64,000 nt of DNA from an uncultured Clostridium sp. (GCA_947364715.1 CANAUI010000002.1:13124-77123), one strand, 5' to 3'; counted from the first letter of the stretch, positions 14,301-23,647 are shown. Translations and numbers: made by a program. Notes: generated by a model from the sequence alone, not told the origin.

Positions 14301-17300
14301 GCAATGCAAAATATAGATGATAATAAAGAAACTGTAATACAAGTAATTGAAGACTTTAATTTAGAATATCCATTAATATTTAGTAAAAACATAATTTTAG
14401 ATTTGAATGGACATAAAATAGATAGTAGATATTATAATATGGAAAATGAAGGAATTTTAACTATAAAAGATACCACTACAGAAAAAAATGGAGAAATAAG
14501 TTTTATTAATAAATGTCTTAATATAAGTAATATAAATAATGGTATTCTAAATATTGAAAGTGGAAATATAATAATGAATTCTTATGAGTTCAACTATGGA
14601 ATATATAATAATAGTGCAGAAACAATTAATATTACAGGAGGTAAAATTAATATTTATAGTGAAAAGAAAAACGTTTTTGGAATATTTAATGCAAGTACAG
14701 GAACAATTAATATAAATGGAGGAGAAATTAGTAGTAATAGTAAAGTAGATAATTCTTATACTATATATAATAAAAGTACAGGGATAATTAGTATAAATGA
14801 AGGAAATATTAGTAGCAATGGTTATTCTTCTAGTGGTGCATATAATGTGAGTACAGGAACAATTAGTATAAATGGAGGAAATATTAGTAGTAATGGTAAG
14901 GATAATTCGTATGGAACATATAATGCAAGTACAGGAACAATTAATGTAAATGGAGGAGAAATTGCTAATACTGGAAATACAATTTATGGAACATATAATG
15001 CAGTTGAAGGAATAATTAATATAAATGGAGGAAAAATTACTAATACAGGTATTCATGTTTATGGGATATATAATGCAGGTAAAGGAACAATAAATGTGAC
15101 AGAAGGAGAAATTAATGATGATAGTAGTTATGATGGTTATATGGTATATAATAATGATACAGGAACAATTAATATAACAGGAGGAGTAATAAGTGGTATT
15201 ATTATTAGAACTCGTAATCTAGATTTAAAGCCTATTTATGGAATATATAATAAAAGTACAGGGACAATCAAAGTAACTGGAGGAGAGATAAGTATAACTA
15301 CTAATACGAATACATTTGGAATGTATAATTATACAGGAACAATTACAATAGGAACAAAAGGTGATGGAATTGTAAGTACTAATGAACCTAATATAAAATC
15401 TATATATACAGGAACATCAACAAGTTATAAAGGATATGGATTACGTAATTATAATGGAAAGTTTAATTTCTATGATGGAAGAATAGAAGGCTCAACAAAG
15501 GCTGTTTATGAAGGCTCTGAAATAACAGAAGTAGAAGAAACTCAACAACCACAGTATTCAGCAGATGAAAAAATATATGCATATGGAATAGAAGCATCAG
15601 ATATCGCAAAAATAGGAACAAAAACTTATACAAATTTACAAGATGCGATAAATGAAGCTACTGGAAATGATATAATCAAAATATTAAGAGGAGTTCAATA
15701 TACAAATCAAGATACAGCATTAGTAGTTCCAAATAATAAAATAATTACAATAGATTTGCAAAATTATCCAATAATATCAGCAATAGAAGATGTAGTATTT
15801 ACTGTTGAAGGTAGTCTTAAAATTATAAACACAGTTGAAGGAGAAAAGGCTAAAATATCAAATTCTTATAAAAATACTATATATGTAAAACAAGGTGGAA
15901 CACTAGAAACAAGTGGAGTAATTATAACAAGTAGTAAGGCAAATGATAGTGTAATAAAAAATGAAGGAACAGTTAATGTTAAAGGTGGTACAATTTCAAA
16001 AACAGGCGGAAGTGGATATACAATTAATAATTCTGTTACAGGAATAGTTAATATTTATTCAGGAACAGTTAGTTCAAATAATTATAGTATATATAATATA
16101 GGAGAGGTAAATATTATACAAGGAACAATAACAGGAGGAAATAATGTAATAACAAATAATGAGTCAGGAATACTTAATATTGAAAATGGAACTATTAGAG
16201 GAAGCGCTACAGTAATTGCAAACCAAGGAAATTCAAGTATAAATATGACAGGAGGAAATATAGTAACATCAAATTCTAGTAACACTCAATATGGAATTAA
16301 TAACACAAGCACAGGTAATGTAAATATAACTGGTGGAAATATATCATGTACATACACAGGTACATCATCATATAATGCATATGGTATTTATTCAACAGCA
16401 GGAACAGTAAATATAGGAACTAAAGATGGAAATATTAAACAGGATATACCTAGTATTTTAGGCACAACAAATGGTATCTATACAGATAAAAATTGTAACT
16501 TAAACATTTATGATGGAATTATAAAAGGTATAAATTCAGCAATAAATGGAAATATAACATCAATAGAAGAAAAATCAGAGATAGTAATTGGAAAAGAAAC
16601 TTATAATAATAAAGAATATGAAACAATATCTTTGGTAAAAATTGATTCACCAATTGCAAGTGTTGGAGGAGTAGAATACTATTCGCTAAAAGAAGCTTTT
16701 AATAGTATTACAGAAACAGGAACAATTAATATTTTAAGAACAGGAACTGTTGCAGAAACAATAGATATTTCTACTGGAAAAGATATAACAGTTGACCTAA
16801 ATGGAAATACTTTAAATATATATACAAAAATTAATAATAACGGAACATTAAAAATAACAGACACAAGTGCAAACACTTCTGGCATATTAACAGGATATAA
16901 AGATAGAGTAATTGATAATGCTGGTACATTTGAACTACTAAATGGTACTATTTCAGGAATGACATATGGTATATACAATAATAAAAATGGAGTAGCTAAT
17001 ATTTCAGGAGGAACATTAAGAGATAATACATATGGTGTATATAATATAAGTGGAGGAATAGTAAATGTAACAAATGGAACAATTACAAGTAATACATATG
17101 GTAGTTTTAACTATGGTGGAACAACAAATATATCTGGTGGAAATATTAATATAAATGATTATGGTGTTTACAATAGTTCTGGAACAACAAGAATTAGTGG
17201 AACTTCTACAAACATTTCTGAAAATGAACAAGGTGTATATAATGTTAATGGAACAATAGATATTTCTGATACAACCATTACAGGAAATAAAAGTGGAGTA

Positions 17301-18140
17301 AATAATAAAGGAACTGGAACAATAAATATTTTAAGTGGAAATATATTAAGTGATACAATAGCAGTTACAAATACTTCAACAGGTAGAATTAATATTGGTA
17401 ATCAAGATGCAAATGTTAATAAAGAAAATCCTGTTATTCAAGGTGAACAATATGGTATTGCCAATACAGGAACTGGTGCAATCGGATTTTATGATGGTAT
17501 TGTAAAAGGAAAAGAAGGTACAATTAAAGGATATTATTTATATACAGAAATTGGTTACAAAGCACAGACAAATGTTGTAGAGGGATATTATTGTGATACT
17601 TTAGCTTTATCAGGAACTGTTACAACTGTTGCAAAAATTGGAGAGATTGAATATACAAACTTACAATCTGCAATAAATGCTTGTTCAAGTGATACACCAA
17701 TGACTATTACTTTATTAAATAGTATTAATAGTAGTAACATGTTTACAATAGAAAAAGAACAAAATGTTATTATAGATTTAGGTGGATATACTATTACAAC
17801 AGGTGTATTAGATAATTTAATAGAAAATATGGGAAGTTTAACAATTATTGATAGTAGAAATACAGGAATGAGTAGAATTGTAAATAATTCAGGAATTGCA
17901 ATTAATAATACAGGAACATTAAATTTAGGACAAGATGATGGCACAGTAAGTAAAACATCTCCAGAAGTATATGGTAACAGTACAGGTATTGTAAATACAG
18001 GAACATTTAACTTCTATGATGGAATTATAAAAGGGGCAGAAGCATTAAGAGGAAATGTTACAGCAAGACCAAATGGATATGCTATTAATGTTTCAACAGA
18101 TTCTGCAACTGGAACACAACAATTAACTTTAAGCAAATAA
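8367..18140 (+). CDS. Giant (3257 aa) surface/secreted protein with a pseudopilin/PilX-like N-terminal hydrophobic segment, Ig-like modules and seven parallel-beta-helix-like modules
   Basis: AAGGAG SD 8 nt before the ATG. The N-terminus is KSEKGAITLFVLLSILFFLIVVFSVF. A YYLW..D.(A/V)GN(I/V)S motif recurs in Ig-like modules. A Y.(T/S)L(Q/E/K).A(I/F/M) anchor followed by (I/L/V)DL(N/G)G..(I/L) recurs seven times, each followed by Gly/Asn/Thr-rich ~30-aa turns (GTININGGEIS..YGIYN). Confidence 0.85.
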   Translation: MQKKRLKSEKGAITLFVLLSILFFLIVVFSVFINSNNKRQSQTAEIDKIKSEYEKEIDIIDDIYDEVVSEELIQIDFDKNGDTYNIAKDGTVDISSNIIITYENGMTMRSREYGWSNSNEQEPSVWTSFATDTINVKNEDVGQGSYYLWVRVENIKDITNTLVSNVFQVNENEIGLSKSNDEYTTSSVNVIIDYKDTYVSDKKVGIGRTLDEATKNSVANENTTIEVTENSFVYVTAKDAYGNISSNYIEINNIDTQPPVITVTPNGKEYIVKNGETTQIDVKVSVEDKISGVKEVKYYWSTSNTEKPTEDKYIVTANNSTVSSSKVGHGTYYLWVKATDNVGNVREEPSYAYIVKPPLAPNIALKHNDENGKEYISGTWTNQDVYHEISLPTTEGTVEKYQYSNDGITWKDINGELKQGKLDYTTNFPIVSENRPNWLGEVTANGTYYFDINETNGTLTSAGTHGNKGKNSTTANSYIPIDLREYTEEDKLTITLNYTISSEGVSYDIGYATITQTTTAPAYNSSTNQFIKVGGSLTTSEKSITISGGKLYYLHLGYRKDSSTSSGNDSFVINNIKLTSETLGKNVSFYNYNKNENIITYIVQDEINSNFYIKANYEDKTESGISEFKIQIDKTAPIIGTITPELISETKIKLTISNIIENASGLKGYYISTEETAPTIESNWTDVTEDTFEINNLNTGTKYYIWLIDNANNISEVKSIDEININYRIDNSKYAETLEQALSLANNNSTIELLNDYTDESTVNINKNIILNTQDYTLTRTKTITIASGTEAKPIIFELNGNITSSSNINTLTINNYATIQGTGIIESTSTSSSYRAIYNTGVLTQNGDLTISGYYRGIYNTNIFTLNSGKVESTYNNNSAYAIYNYSSGDIVNINGGEVSGYYGLYNNSSATANIKGGKITGTGAYGIYHSSGKLTINDGTIIGNTYGVSISSSGTINMDGGYITGTNGIYISNSSATVNIYGGTIVGSTYGIYGYTTGNKKITIGNLNVEVNDISPVVSGGQYGIYMRNNNTYNFYNGVIMGTNAKPYTSTVIPRQGYMVYTYYDYDNARKYCSTLTPTVQEITIEQIPSNDIWTNKDVTVQIKYPILEGATLQYSENGQDWKDVDNGYIATVLENKKIYARMLDASGIILVTKEHEVKNIDKIAPTITINPETTKYLIYNMDQTEVDITVTVNVSDEGGSQIKTSKYGWSKSIDEEPTQWEELHDGQTITKENNKVGVYYLWFDVSDNAGNISDVNVIRYMVELQEAVVQIVETGEYYYTIQDAIDAVGTTSATIKIIKDTDEVSVIDAGKNITIDLNGYTIGSSTNEQPTITNNGTLTIIDNSENKTGKIENLVGTAIQNDGTLTIGDNTNQIEDNTPTITGKKTGIKNNNILNYYDGTIIGKIAIDGNVHDTIESYGPVGIYREEDGMTVVNLRVISDYVARIEWFYYSTLQSAFNDCIAKPNNTEQTTVNMLKDIVLDNTVTSYNGQNIQLNLNGYMLTNSRNTILDNYGSLEITDLTQEQNGNINSSIAGTSSDSYRLITNMGNLNIAGGKILSQQNYNNLIYNQNGEFKITGGEINNSVTGRYNHNNEVIHNTGTGIINVVEGKIYTTSRYVIYNTGRGKIDINGGEISNDTTNGSIVNHGIYNEGTGTININGGEISTNSLYHTYGIYNKSTGIINITGGKISTRTKYNDNYENYGIYSEGTGTINVSGGEIISVRGKNIYGVKASTGIVNISGGKISVDAEDDFNNGNYGIYSEGKGIINVEGGEIISSGERNVYGIRGEGTININKGKISASVTYSSGSGAGVYNAKTGILNMNGGIISINVSTGTSYGIYNANTGVINIKSGEITNNSSSNIGIGYGVYNSQNGKIVLGREEDNEISNSNIKITTINEPEKNYKNIGIRNNSGELEIYDGIITGNIALSGHITKQKDGYTIKNTITDEIETIYLEKIENEKDIVQVENIKYKTLEEAMQNIDDNKETVIQVIEDFNLEYPLIFSKNIILDLNGHKIDSRYYNMENEGILTIKDTTTEKNGEISFINKCLNISNINNGILNIESGNIIMNSYEFNYGIYNNSAETINITGGKINIYSEKKNVFGIFNASTGTININGGEISSNSKVDNSYTIYNKSTGIISINEGNISSNGYSSSGAYNVSTGTISINGGNISSNGKDNSYGTYNASTGTINVNGGEIANTGNTIYGTYNAVEGIININGGKITNTGIHVYGIYNAGKGTINVTEGEINDDSSYDGYMVYNNDTGTINITGGVISGIIIRTRNLDLKPIYGIYNKSTGTIKVTGGEISITTNTNTFGMYNYTGTITIGTKGDGIVSTNEPNIKSIYTGTSTSYKGYGLRNYNGKFNFYDGRIEGSTKAVYEGSEITEVEETQQPQYSADEKIYAYGIEASDIAKIGTKTYTNLQDAINEATGNDIIKILRGVQYTNQDTALVVPNNKIITIDLQNYPIISAIEDVVFTVEGSLKIINTVEGEKAKISNSYKNTIYVKQGGTLETSGVIITSSKANDSVIKNEGTVNVKGGTISKTGGSGYTINNSVTGIVNIYSGTVSSNNYSIYNIGEVNIIQGTITGGNNVITNNESGILNIENGTIRGSATVIANQGNSSINMTGGNIVTSNSSNTQYGINNTSTGNVNITGGNISCTYTGTSSYNAYGIYSTAGTVNIGTKDGNIKQDIPSILGTTNGIYTDKNCNLNIYDGIIKGINSAINGNITSIEEKSEIVIGKETYNNKEYETISLVKIDSPIASVGGVEYYSLKEAFNSITETGTINILRTGTVAETIDISTGKDITVDLNGNTLNIYTKINNNGTLKITDTSANTSGILTGYKDRVIDNAGTFELLNGTISGMTYGIYNNKNGVANISGGTLRDNTYGVYNISGGIVNVTNGTITSNTYGSFNYGGTTNISGGNININDYGVYNSSGTTRISGTSTNISENEQGVYNVNGTIDISDTTITGNKSGVNNKGTGTINILSGNILSDTIAVTNTSTGRINIGNQDANVNKENPVIQGEQYGIANTGTGAIGFYDGIVKGKEGTIKGYYLYTEIGYKAQTNVVEGYYCDTLALSGTVTTVAKIGEIEYTNLQSAINACSSDTPMTITLLNSINSSNMFTIEKEQNVIIDLGGYTITTGVLDNLIENMGSLTIIDSRNTGMSRIVNNSGIAINNTGTLNLGQDDGTVSKTSPEVYGNSTGIVNTGTFNFYDGIIKGAEALRGNVTARPNGYAINVSTDSATGTQQLTLSK

Positions 18141-18167
18141 AGACATAAATAAATGCTTAGGAGGAAA

Positions 18168-18701
18168 ATGATGGATAAAAAAACAGAAGAAAAAAATTTA
18201 TTAAAGAATTCAGTAAAATGTATTATAGCTGTATTAGTTGTAATTGGTATAGGATATTTAATAATAACATTTAGTAAAAAAGGGCTTGAACCTGCACCAA
18301 ATACAACAATAGATTACAATTCTTTAAATGTAGAAAAAAGCAATGGAAATATTGTTATGGAAAATGATACTAATGCAGAAATAAAAGATGGTACAAAAAG
18401 AAATATATCAGATAAATTAGTAGAAGAAAAAACATATAATGATATGAAGATTAGAGATGCTAGAATTGAAGCAACAGGAGGAAGTAGTCAATTTATAGCA
18501 ACAGTTGAAAATATATATGACAAAATTGTAGAAACACAAGAAATTTATATTGTATTTCTTAATGAAGATGGAAGCGAATTGACTACAATAACAACCTCAA
18601 TACCAGATTTAGAGCCAAATAGTATTTCTGAAATAAATGCTAGTACAGATATAGACATAACAATAGCTTATGATTTCTATATAAAGGAATATAATCATTA
18701 A
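18168..18701 (+). CDS. Hypothetical membrane-anchored protein downstream of the giant ORF
   Basis: AGGAGG SD lies inside the track ORF, so the start is likely ATG 18168 or 18171. One N-terminal TM (CIIAVLVVIGIGYLIITF). No recognisable domain. Confidence 0.6.
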   Translation: MMDKKTEEKNLLKNSVKCIIAVLVVIGIGYLIITFSKKGLEPAPNTTIDYNSLNVEKSNGNIVMENDTNAEIKDGTKRNISDKLVEEKTYNDMKIRDARIEATGGSSQFIATVENIYDKIVETQEIYIVFLNEDGSELTTITTSIPDLEPNSISEINASTDIDITIAYDFYIKEYNH

Positions 18702-18720
18702 AGTAAAATATATATAAAAT

Positions 18721-18750
18721 AAAAGCGAGAGATTTCTCGCTTTTATTTTT
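18721..18750. terminator. Bidirectional terminator between convergent genes
   Basis: gcgaga-gatt-tctcgc hairpin with an A-run before and a T-run after. Confidence 0.7.
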
Positions 18751-18800
18751 ACTTTGAATTGCAAAACTAAAAAGTTTCATAAGGTTTGCTATAATAAACA

Positions 18801-19448
18801 CTAATCTGTTATTGTACAATTTTCAATAGCAAATTGATTGTTATCTAATTTTAGTGTTACTTCAGTAGTAGAGACAACAATATCATTATTTAAAATATTG
18901 CCATATACTTTATATTGATTATCTGAAATTTGTGTAATTTTAGTAATATGTAATGAATGAGAGTCAAAATTTGAAAATTTATCTATTAATGCAATATCTG
19001 GTTTGACATCATTATTAGTATTAACAACAATTTCATCTGTTTCAGAATTATATTCGTAATTTGATAAAGCTATCCCATGAAAATCTATTAAAGAGGTATC
19101 TATACTATATTCACTATTTAATATGGCATAAATATCACTAACAGATATAGAGGTATAATCAGGATTATTAGTAAAGTAAGTATCTAAGGCATCCTGAATT
19201 TGTATTTGTAAAGATTCAACTTCATTTAAATTATCATTATTAGCTTTTAAGTATAAAGATTTAGCATCTAGTAAATTATTCTCTAAATAGTTATATATTG
19301 CAGTTTTTTCAAAGTCTGAAAAATCAAGTTCTTTCTCTGAATTTCTATTAGATAAAAATGCAGTTATACATATACCAATAATTATGATAACTACAACAGT
19401 AAGTATTATGAATTTATATTTTTTAATAAATTCTAAAAAGTTTTTCAT
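18801..19448 (-). CDS. Hypothetical membrane-anchored protein
   Basis: 215-aa ORF with an N-terminal TM (FIILTVVVIIIIGICITAF). GGAGG lies upstream on the minus strand. No recognisable domain. Confidence 0.6.
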   Translation of the reverse strand: MKNFLEFIKKYKFIILTVVVIIIIGICITAFLSNRNSEKELDFSDFEKTAIYNYLENNLLDAKSLYLKANNDNLNEVESLQIQIQDALDTYFTNNPDYTSISVSDIYAILNSEYSIDTSLIDFHGIALSNYEYNSETDEIVVNTNNDVKPDIALIDKFSNFDSHSLHITKITQISDNQYKVYGNILNNDIVVSTTEVTLKLDNNQFAIENCTITD

Positions 19449-19670
19449 ATTAAAATTAACCTCCTCTTTTGTTTTTATGAATTATACCATATGGCAGACT
19501 ATGTCTGCAACCTAAATAGTATAAAACATTAAAAAATCGTTACAAGAAAAGTTAATAATTATATAGTAGAAAAACACATCAAAATAACAAATTAGGAAAA
19601 GTACCAAACTTGACAAATTCACTATTTGCAAGTAAAATATAATAGAATAATTATAAGGAGAAAAGTACTT

Positions 19671-21689
19671 ATGCAAGACAAAAATAGAAAAATTTTTGAT
19701 AAACTATTATCAAAAATATATTTAGTAATTATTTTTATATTATTAACAATTATCTGTATAGAAAATATTATTATGATAATACCATCTATATTAATATTTA
19801 TAGGTGTTATAATATATTCTTATTATGCAAACAACAAAAGAAAAAGTGAAATATCAGAAACATTGCAGGACTTGACTTTATCAGTAGATACAGCAGCAAA
19901 AAGTAGTTTAATAAATTCACCATTCCCATTAATTATTATGGAATCAAATGGAAATATCATATGGAGGAGTTCAAAATTCATATCTGAATTTGAAGGAGTT
20001 GATATAAATAAATATTTAGACAATTTGATAGAAGATATTAAACTAGACATAAAAGAAATAGAAAAACATAACTCGAAAGAGAAAGATATATTTAAAAAAA
20101 TAGAATTAAATAATAAGAACTATAAAGTATTAGGGAAATTTGTTCATTCTAGCAAACATGACAAAAGAAACAATAACAAATATATGATGATGTTATATTT
20201 TATAGATGAAACCGAAATAGTAAAATTAAAAGAAGAATATAAAGACTCAAAATCTTGTGTAACAATTATAATGATAGATAATTATGAAGAAACTATGCAA
20301 CAAATAGAAAGTCAAGAAAAAACACAAATTACAGCAGAAATTGAAAAATGCATTTATGAATGGACAGACCAAAGTAATGGTGTATTAATTAAGTCTGATA
20401 GAGATAGATATGTATATTTATTTGAACAGAGATATTTTGAAAAAGTAAAAAAAGATAAATTTAGTATTTTAGATAAAATAAAAGATATTAATACAAAAGA
20501 AAATGTACAAATCACATTAAGTATAGCAATATCAAATGATGGTATGACAGATAAAGAAAAATATAAATCTGCCCAAGCAGCAATGGATGTTGTATTAGGG
20601 CGTGGTGGAGACCAAGCAGTTATTAGAGAAAATGAAATATACAAATTTTATGGAGGAAGAGCCCAAGAAGTAGAAAAAAGAACAAAAGTAAAAGCTAGAG
20701 TAGTAGCACATGCATTAGAAAATTTAATAAAAGATTCAAGCAAAGTTATGATTATGGGGCATACAAATCCAGATATAGATTCTATGGGGTCTAGTATAGG
20801 AATTTATACATTAGCAAAAAGCTTAAATAAAAAAGCATATATTATTGATAGTAGTGAAACTAATACATTAAAAAGTTTTAAAACAGATTTACAAAAAGAT
20901 GTAGAATATGAAGATACATTAATAACAAAAGAGGTAGCAGAAGAAAACATAGATAAAGAAACACTAGTAGTTGTTGTAGATACACATAAAACAACATATG
21001 TAGAATCACCAGAATTGTTAAAAAGAACAGACAAAATTGTTGTTATAGACCATCATAGAAGAAGTGCAGACTATATAGAAAATGCCACATTAACTTTTCA
21101 AGAAGTATATGCTTCATCAACAGCAGAATTAGTAACAGAATTATTACAATATGCTGAAGCAAAAATAGATTTAAAAACTATTGAAGCAGAAAGCTTATAT
21201 GCAGGAATTATGATGGATACAAAAAACTTTACATTTAAAACAGGAGTTAGAACTTTTGAAGCAGCAGCATATTTGCGTAGATGTGGAGTAAATATTATTA
21301 GAGTAAAGAAATGGTTTCAAAGTAATTTTGATACATTTAATAAAATAGCATCAATTGTTAAAAAAGCAGAAATTATTAATGATACAATAGCAATAGCAAC
21401 TTATGAAAAGAAAGATAAAGAAGCAAGCTTAATATGTGCAAAAGTAGCAGATGAATTATTAACAATTAGTGATATAACAGCATCATTTGTAATGGGAAAA
21501 GTAGGAAATAAAATTTGTATTAGTGGAAGGTCAATAGGAGATATTAATGTACAAGTTATATTAGAAAAATTAGGTGGTGGTGGTCACATCACCCTAGCAG
21601 GTGCACAAGTTGAGGGAATGACAATGGAAGAAACTAAACAAGAATTAATTAATAGAATTAATGAATATTTCTCAGAAATAGAAAATTAG
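19671..21689 (+). CDS. gdpP: c-di-AMP phosphodiesterase GdpP (two TM, PAS-like, degenerate GGDEF, DHH/DHHA1)
   Basis: DHH motifs (GHTNPDIDSMGS, DHHRR) and DHHA1 GGGGH. The gdpP-rplI-dnaB order is canonical for Firmicutes. The likely start is ATG 19671 after an AAGGAG SD (the track ORF starts at 19626). Confidence 0.9.
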   Translation: MQDKNRKIFDKLLSKIYLVIIFILLTIICIENIIMIIPSILIFIGVIIYSYYANNKRKSEISETLQDLTLSVDTAAKSSLINSPFPLIIMESNGNIIWRSSKFISEFEGVDINKYLDNLIEDIKLDIKEIEKHNSKEKDIFKKIELNNKNYKVLGKFVHSSKHDKRNNNKYMMMLYFIDETEIVKLKEEYKDSKSCVTIIMIDNYEETMQQIESQEKTQITAEIEKCIYEWTDQSNGVLIKSDRDRYVYLFEQRYFEKVKKDKFSILDKIKDINTKENVQITLSIAISNDGMTDKEKYKSAQAAMDVVLGRGGDQAVIRENEIYKFYGGRAQEVEKRTKVKARVVAHALENLIKDSSKVMIMGHTNPDIDSMGSSIGIYTLAKSLNKKAYIIDSSETNTLKSFKTDLQKDVEYEDTLITKEVAEENIDKETLVVVVDTHKTTYVESPELLKRTDKIVVIDHHRRSADYIENATLTFQEVYASSTAELVTELLQYAEAKIDLKTIEAESLYAGIMMDTKNFTFKTGVRTFEAAAYLRRCGVNIIRVKKWFQSNFDTFNKIASIVKKAEIINDTIAIATYEKKDKEASLICAKVADELLTISDITASFVMGKVGNKICISGRSIGDINVQVILEKLGGGGHITLAGAQVEGMTMEETKQELINRINEYFSEIEN

Positions 21690-21779
21690 TAATTATTTAT
21701 ACTTGTTAAAAAAGTAATAGTTTCTTTTAAATATAAAATATAGTACAGGCAAACCAAGAAAGTTAAAGGAGGAAGCAAT

Positions 21780-22226
21780 ATGAAAGTAATTTTAAAAGCA
21801 GATATAAAAGGGGTAGGAAAAAAAGATGAAGTAATAAATGCATCAGATGGATATGCAAGAAACTTCTTATTCCCTAAAAATTTAGCAGTAGAAGCAAACA
21901 AAGAAAATATGGCAAAATTAAAAGCAAAACAAGATTCTGCTAAATATCAAAAAAATCAAGAAAAAGAAGATGCAATGAAAACAGCAGATAAACTATCTAA
22001 GATATTGTTAAAAATGAAAGTAAAATCAGGAGAAAATGGAAAAATATTTGGTGGAGTGTCTAGTAAAGATATTGCACAAGAATTATCAAAACAATATCAA
22101 ATAGAAGTAGACAAAAAGAAAATTGACACAAAAGAAACAATTAAAACACTTGGTGTTCACAATATTGAAATAAAATTATTTGAAGGTGTAGTGGGAAAGC
22201 TAAGAATTGATGTTATTTCAGAATAA
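21780..22226 (+). CDS. rplI: 50S ribosomal protein L9
   Basis: MKVILKADIKGVGKKDEVINASDGYARNFLFP is a typical L9 N-terminus. It lies between gdpP and dnaB. Confidence 0.95.
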   Translation: MKVILKADIKGVGKKDEVINASDGYARNFLFPKNLAVEANKENMAKLKAKQDSAKYQKNQEKEDAMKTADKLSKILLKMKVKSGENGKIFGGVSSKDIAQELSKQYQIEVDKKKIDTKETIKTLGVHNIEIKLFEGVVGKLRIDVISE

Positions 22227-22312
22227 AAAAATATATGATAGATAAAATATACATGATAGATAAAATATATAGAAACTAAAAAAATATATAAAGTTATAGT
22301 GGAGGCTAAAAA

Positions 22313-23647
22313 ATGGAATTAGGAAAAGTACCACCACATGATATAGAAGCAGAACAAGCTGTTTTAGGAAGTATGCTAACAGATAAAGATGCAGTTATAT
22401 CTGCTATAGAAGTCTTAAAAGAAAGTGATTTTTATAGAACAGATAATAAATCAATTTATGAAGCAATAATTAATTTATATAATCGAGCAGAACCAGTCGA
22501 TATAATTACTGTTAAGGCTGAATTAGAATCATTAGGTAAATTCGAACAGGTGGGAGGACTAGAATATTTAGCAAGTTTACCAGATAAAGTTCCAACAACA
22601 GCAAATGCTATGAAATATGTGAAAATTGTAGAAGAAAAATCAACTGTAAGACATCTAATAAAAACAGCAAATGAAATTATCGAATTAGGGTATGACCCAA
22701 CAGAAGATGTATCAGATATTATGGAAGAGGCAGAAAAAAAGATATTTAACATTATGCAAAATAATGATAAAAAAAGTTATTCACCTATAAAAGACATTCT
22801 TGTAGATAGTTTCACACAATTGGAAGAATTATATAATAGAAAACAGCATATTACAGGTGTACCATCTGGATTTACAGAACTAGATTATAAAACAGCTGGA
22901 TTTCATGGCTCAGATTTAGTTTTAATTGCTGCAAGACCTGCAATGGGGAAATCTGCCTTTGCCTTAAATATAGCAACAAATGCATCTGTACGTGCTAATG
23001 TACCAGTAGCTATTTTCAGTTTAGAAATGTCAAAAGAACAAATGGTAAACAGAATTTTATGTAGTGAAGCAATGGTAGACAGTAATAAAGTAAGAACAGG
23101 AAAATTGGAAGAAAATGATTGGACAAAATTAGCAGGAAGCATAGGACCATTATCAGATGCAGAAATATATATAGATGATACACCAGGAATATCTGTTATG
23201 GAAATTAGAGCAAAATGTAGAAAATTAAAATTAGAAAAAAATATTGGAATGGTAGTTATTGACTATTTGCAATTAGTACAAGGAAGCAATAAAAGAAATG
23301 GAAGCCGTGAACAAGAAATATCAGAAATTAGTAGGTCACTAAAAATACTAGCAAAAGAATTAAGTGTACCAGTTATTGCATTATCACAATTATCAAGAGC
23401 AGTAGAACAAAGGCCAGACCATAGACCAATGTTATCAGACTTAAGAGAATCAGGAGCAATAGAGCAAGATGCAGATATTGTTATGTTTTTATACAGAGAT
23501 GATTACTATAATAAAGATAGCGAAAAAAAGGATATTGCAGAAGTAATCCTAGCAAAACATAGAGGAGGCTCTTTAGGAACAGTAGAATTATTATGGTTAG
23601 GCAGTTATACAAAATTTGTTAATTTAGAAAAGAGATTTGATGACTAA
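22313..23647 (+). CDS. dnaB: Replicative DNA helicase (DnaB family)
   Basis: N-terminal PPHDIEAEQAVLGSML, Walker A ARPAMGKSAF, IDYLQL and SQLSR motifs. Confidence 0.95.
   Translation: MELGKVPPHDIEAEQAVLGSMLTDKDAVISAIEVLKESDFYRTDNKSIYEAIINLYNRAEPVDIITVKAELESLGKFEQVGGLEYLASLPDKVPTTANAMKYVKIVEEKSTVRHLIKTANEIIELGYDPTEDVSDIMEEAEKKIFNIMQNNDKKSYSPIKDILVDSFTQLEELYNRKQHITGVPSGFTELDYKTAGFHGSDLVLIAARPAMGKSAFALNIATNASVRANVPVAIFSLEMSKEQMVNRILCSEAMVDSNKVRTGKLEENDWTKLAGSIGPLSDAEIYIDDTPGISVMEIRAKCRKLKLEKNIGMVVIDYLQLVQGSNKRNGSREQEISEISRSLKILAKELSVPVIALSQLSRAVEQRPDHRPMLSDLRESGAIEQDADIVMFLYRDDYYNKDSEKKDIAEVILAKHRGGSLGTVELLWLGSYTKFVNLEKRFDD

Noticed and set aside
13240-15330. Periodic ~90-100 nt repetition that could superficially suggest a CRISPR-like or satellite array.
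   Set aside because: The repeats are degenerate and in-frame, and they encode the GTININGGEIS..YGIYN beta-helix turns of the giant protein. There is no alternation of identical repeats with unique spacers. No cas genes are present anywhere in the window.
9334-17944. Minus-strand ORFs inside the giant gene, including the 169-aa ORF 14547-15056.
   Set aside because: They are antisense to a continuous 9.8-kb ORF that has consistent repeat architecture. Their products are Ile/Ser/Cys/Asn low-complexity mirror images of the sense-strand repeats.
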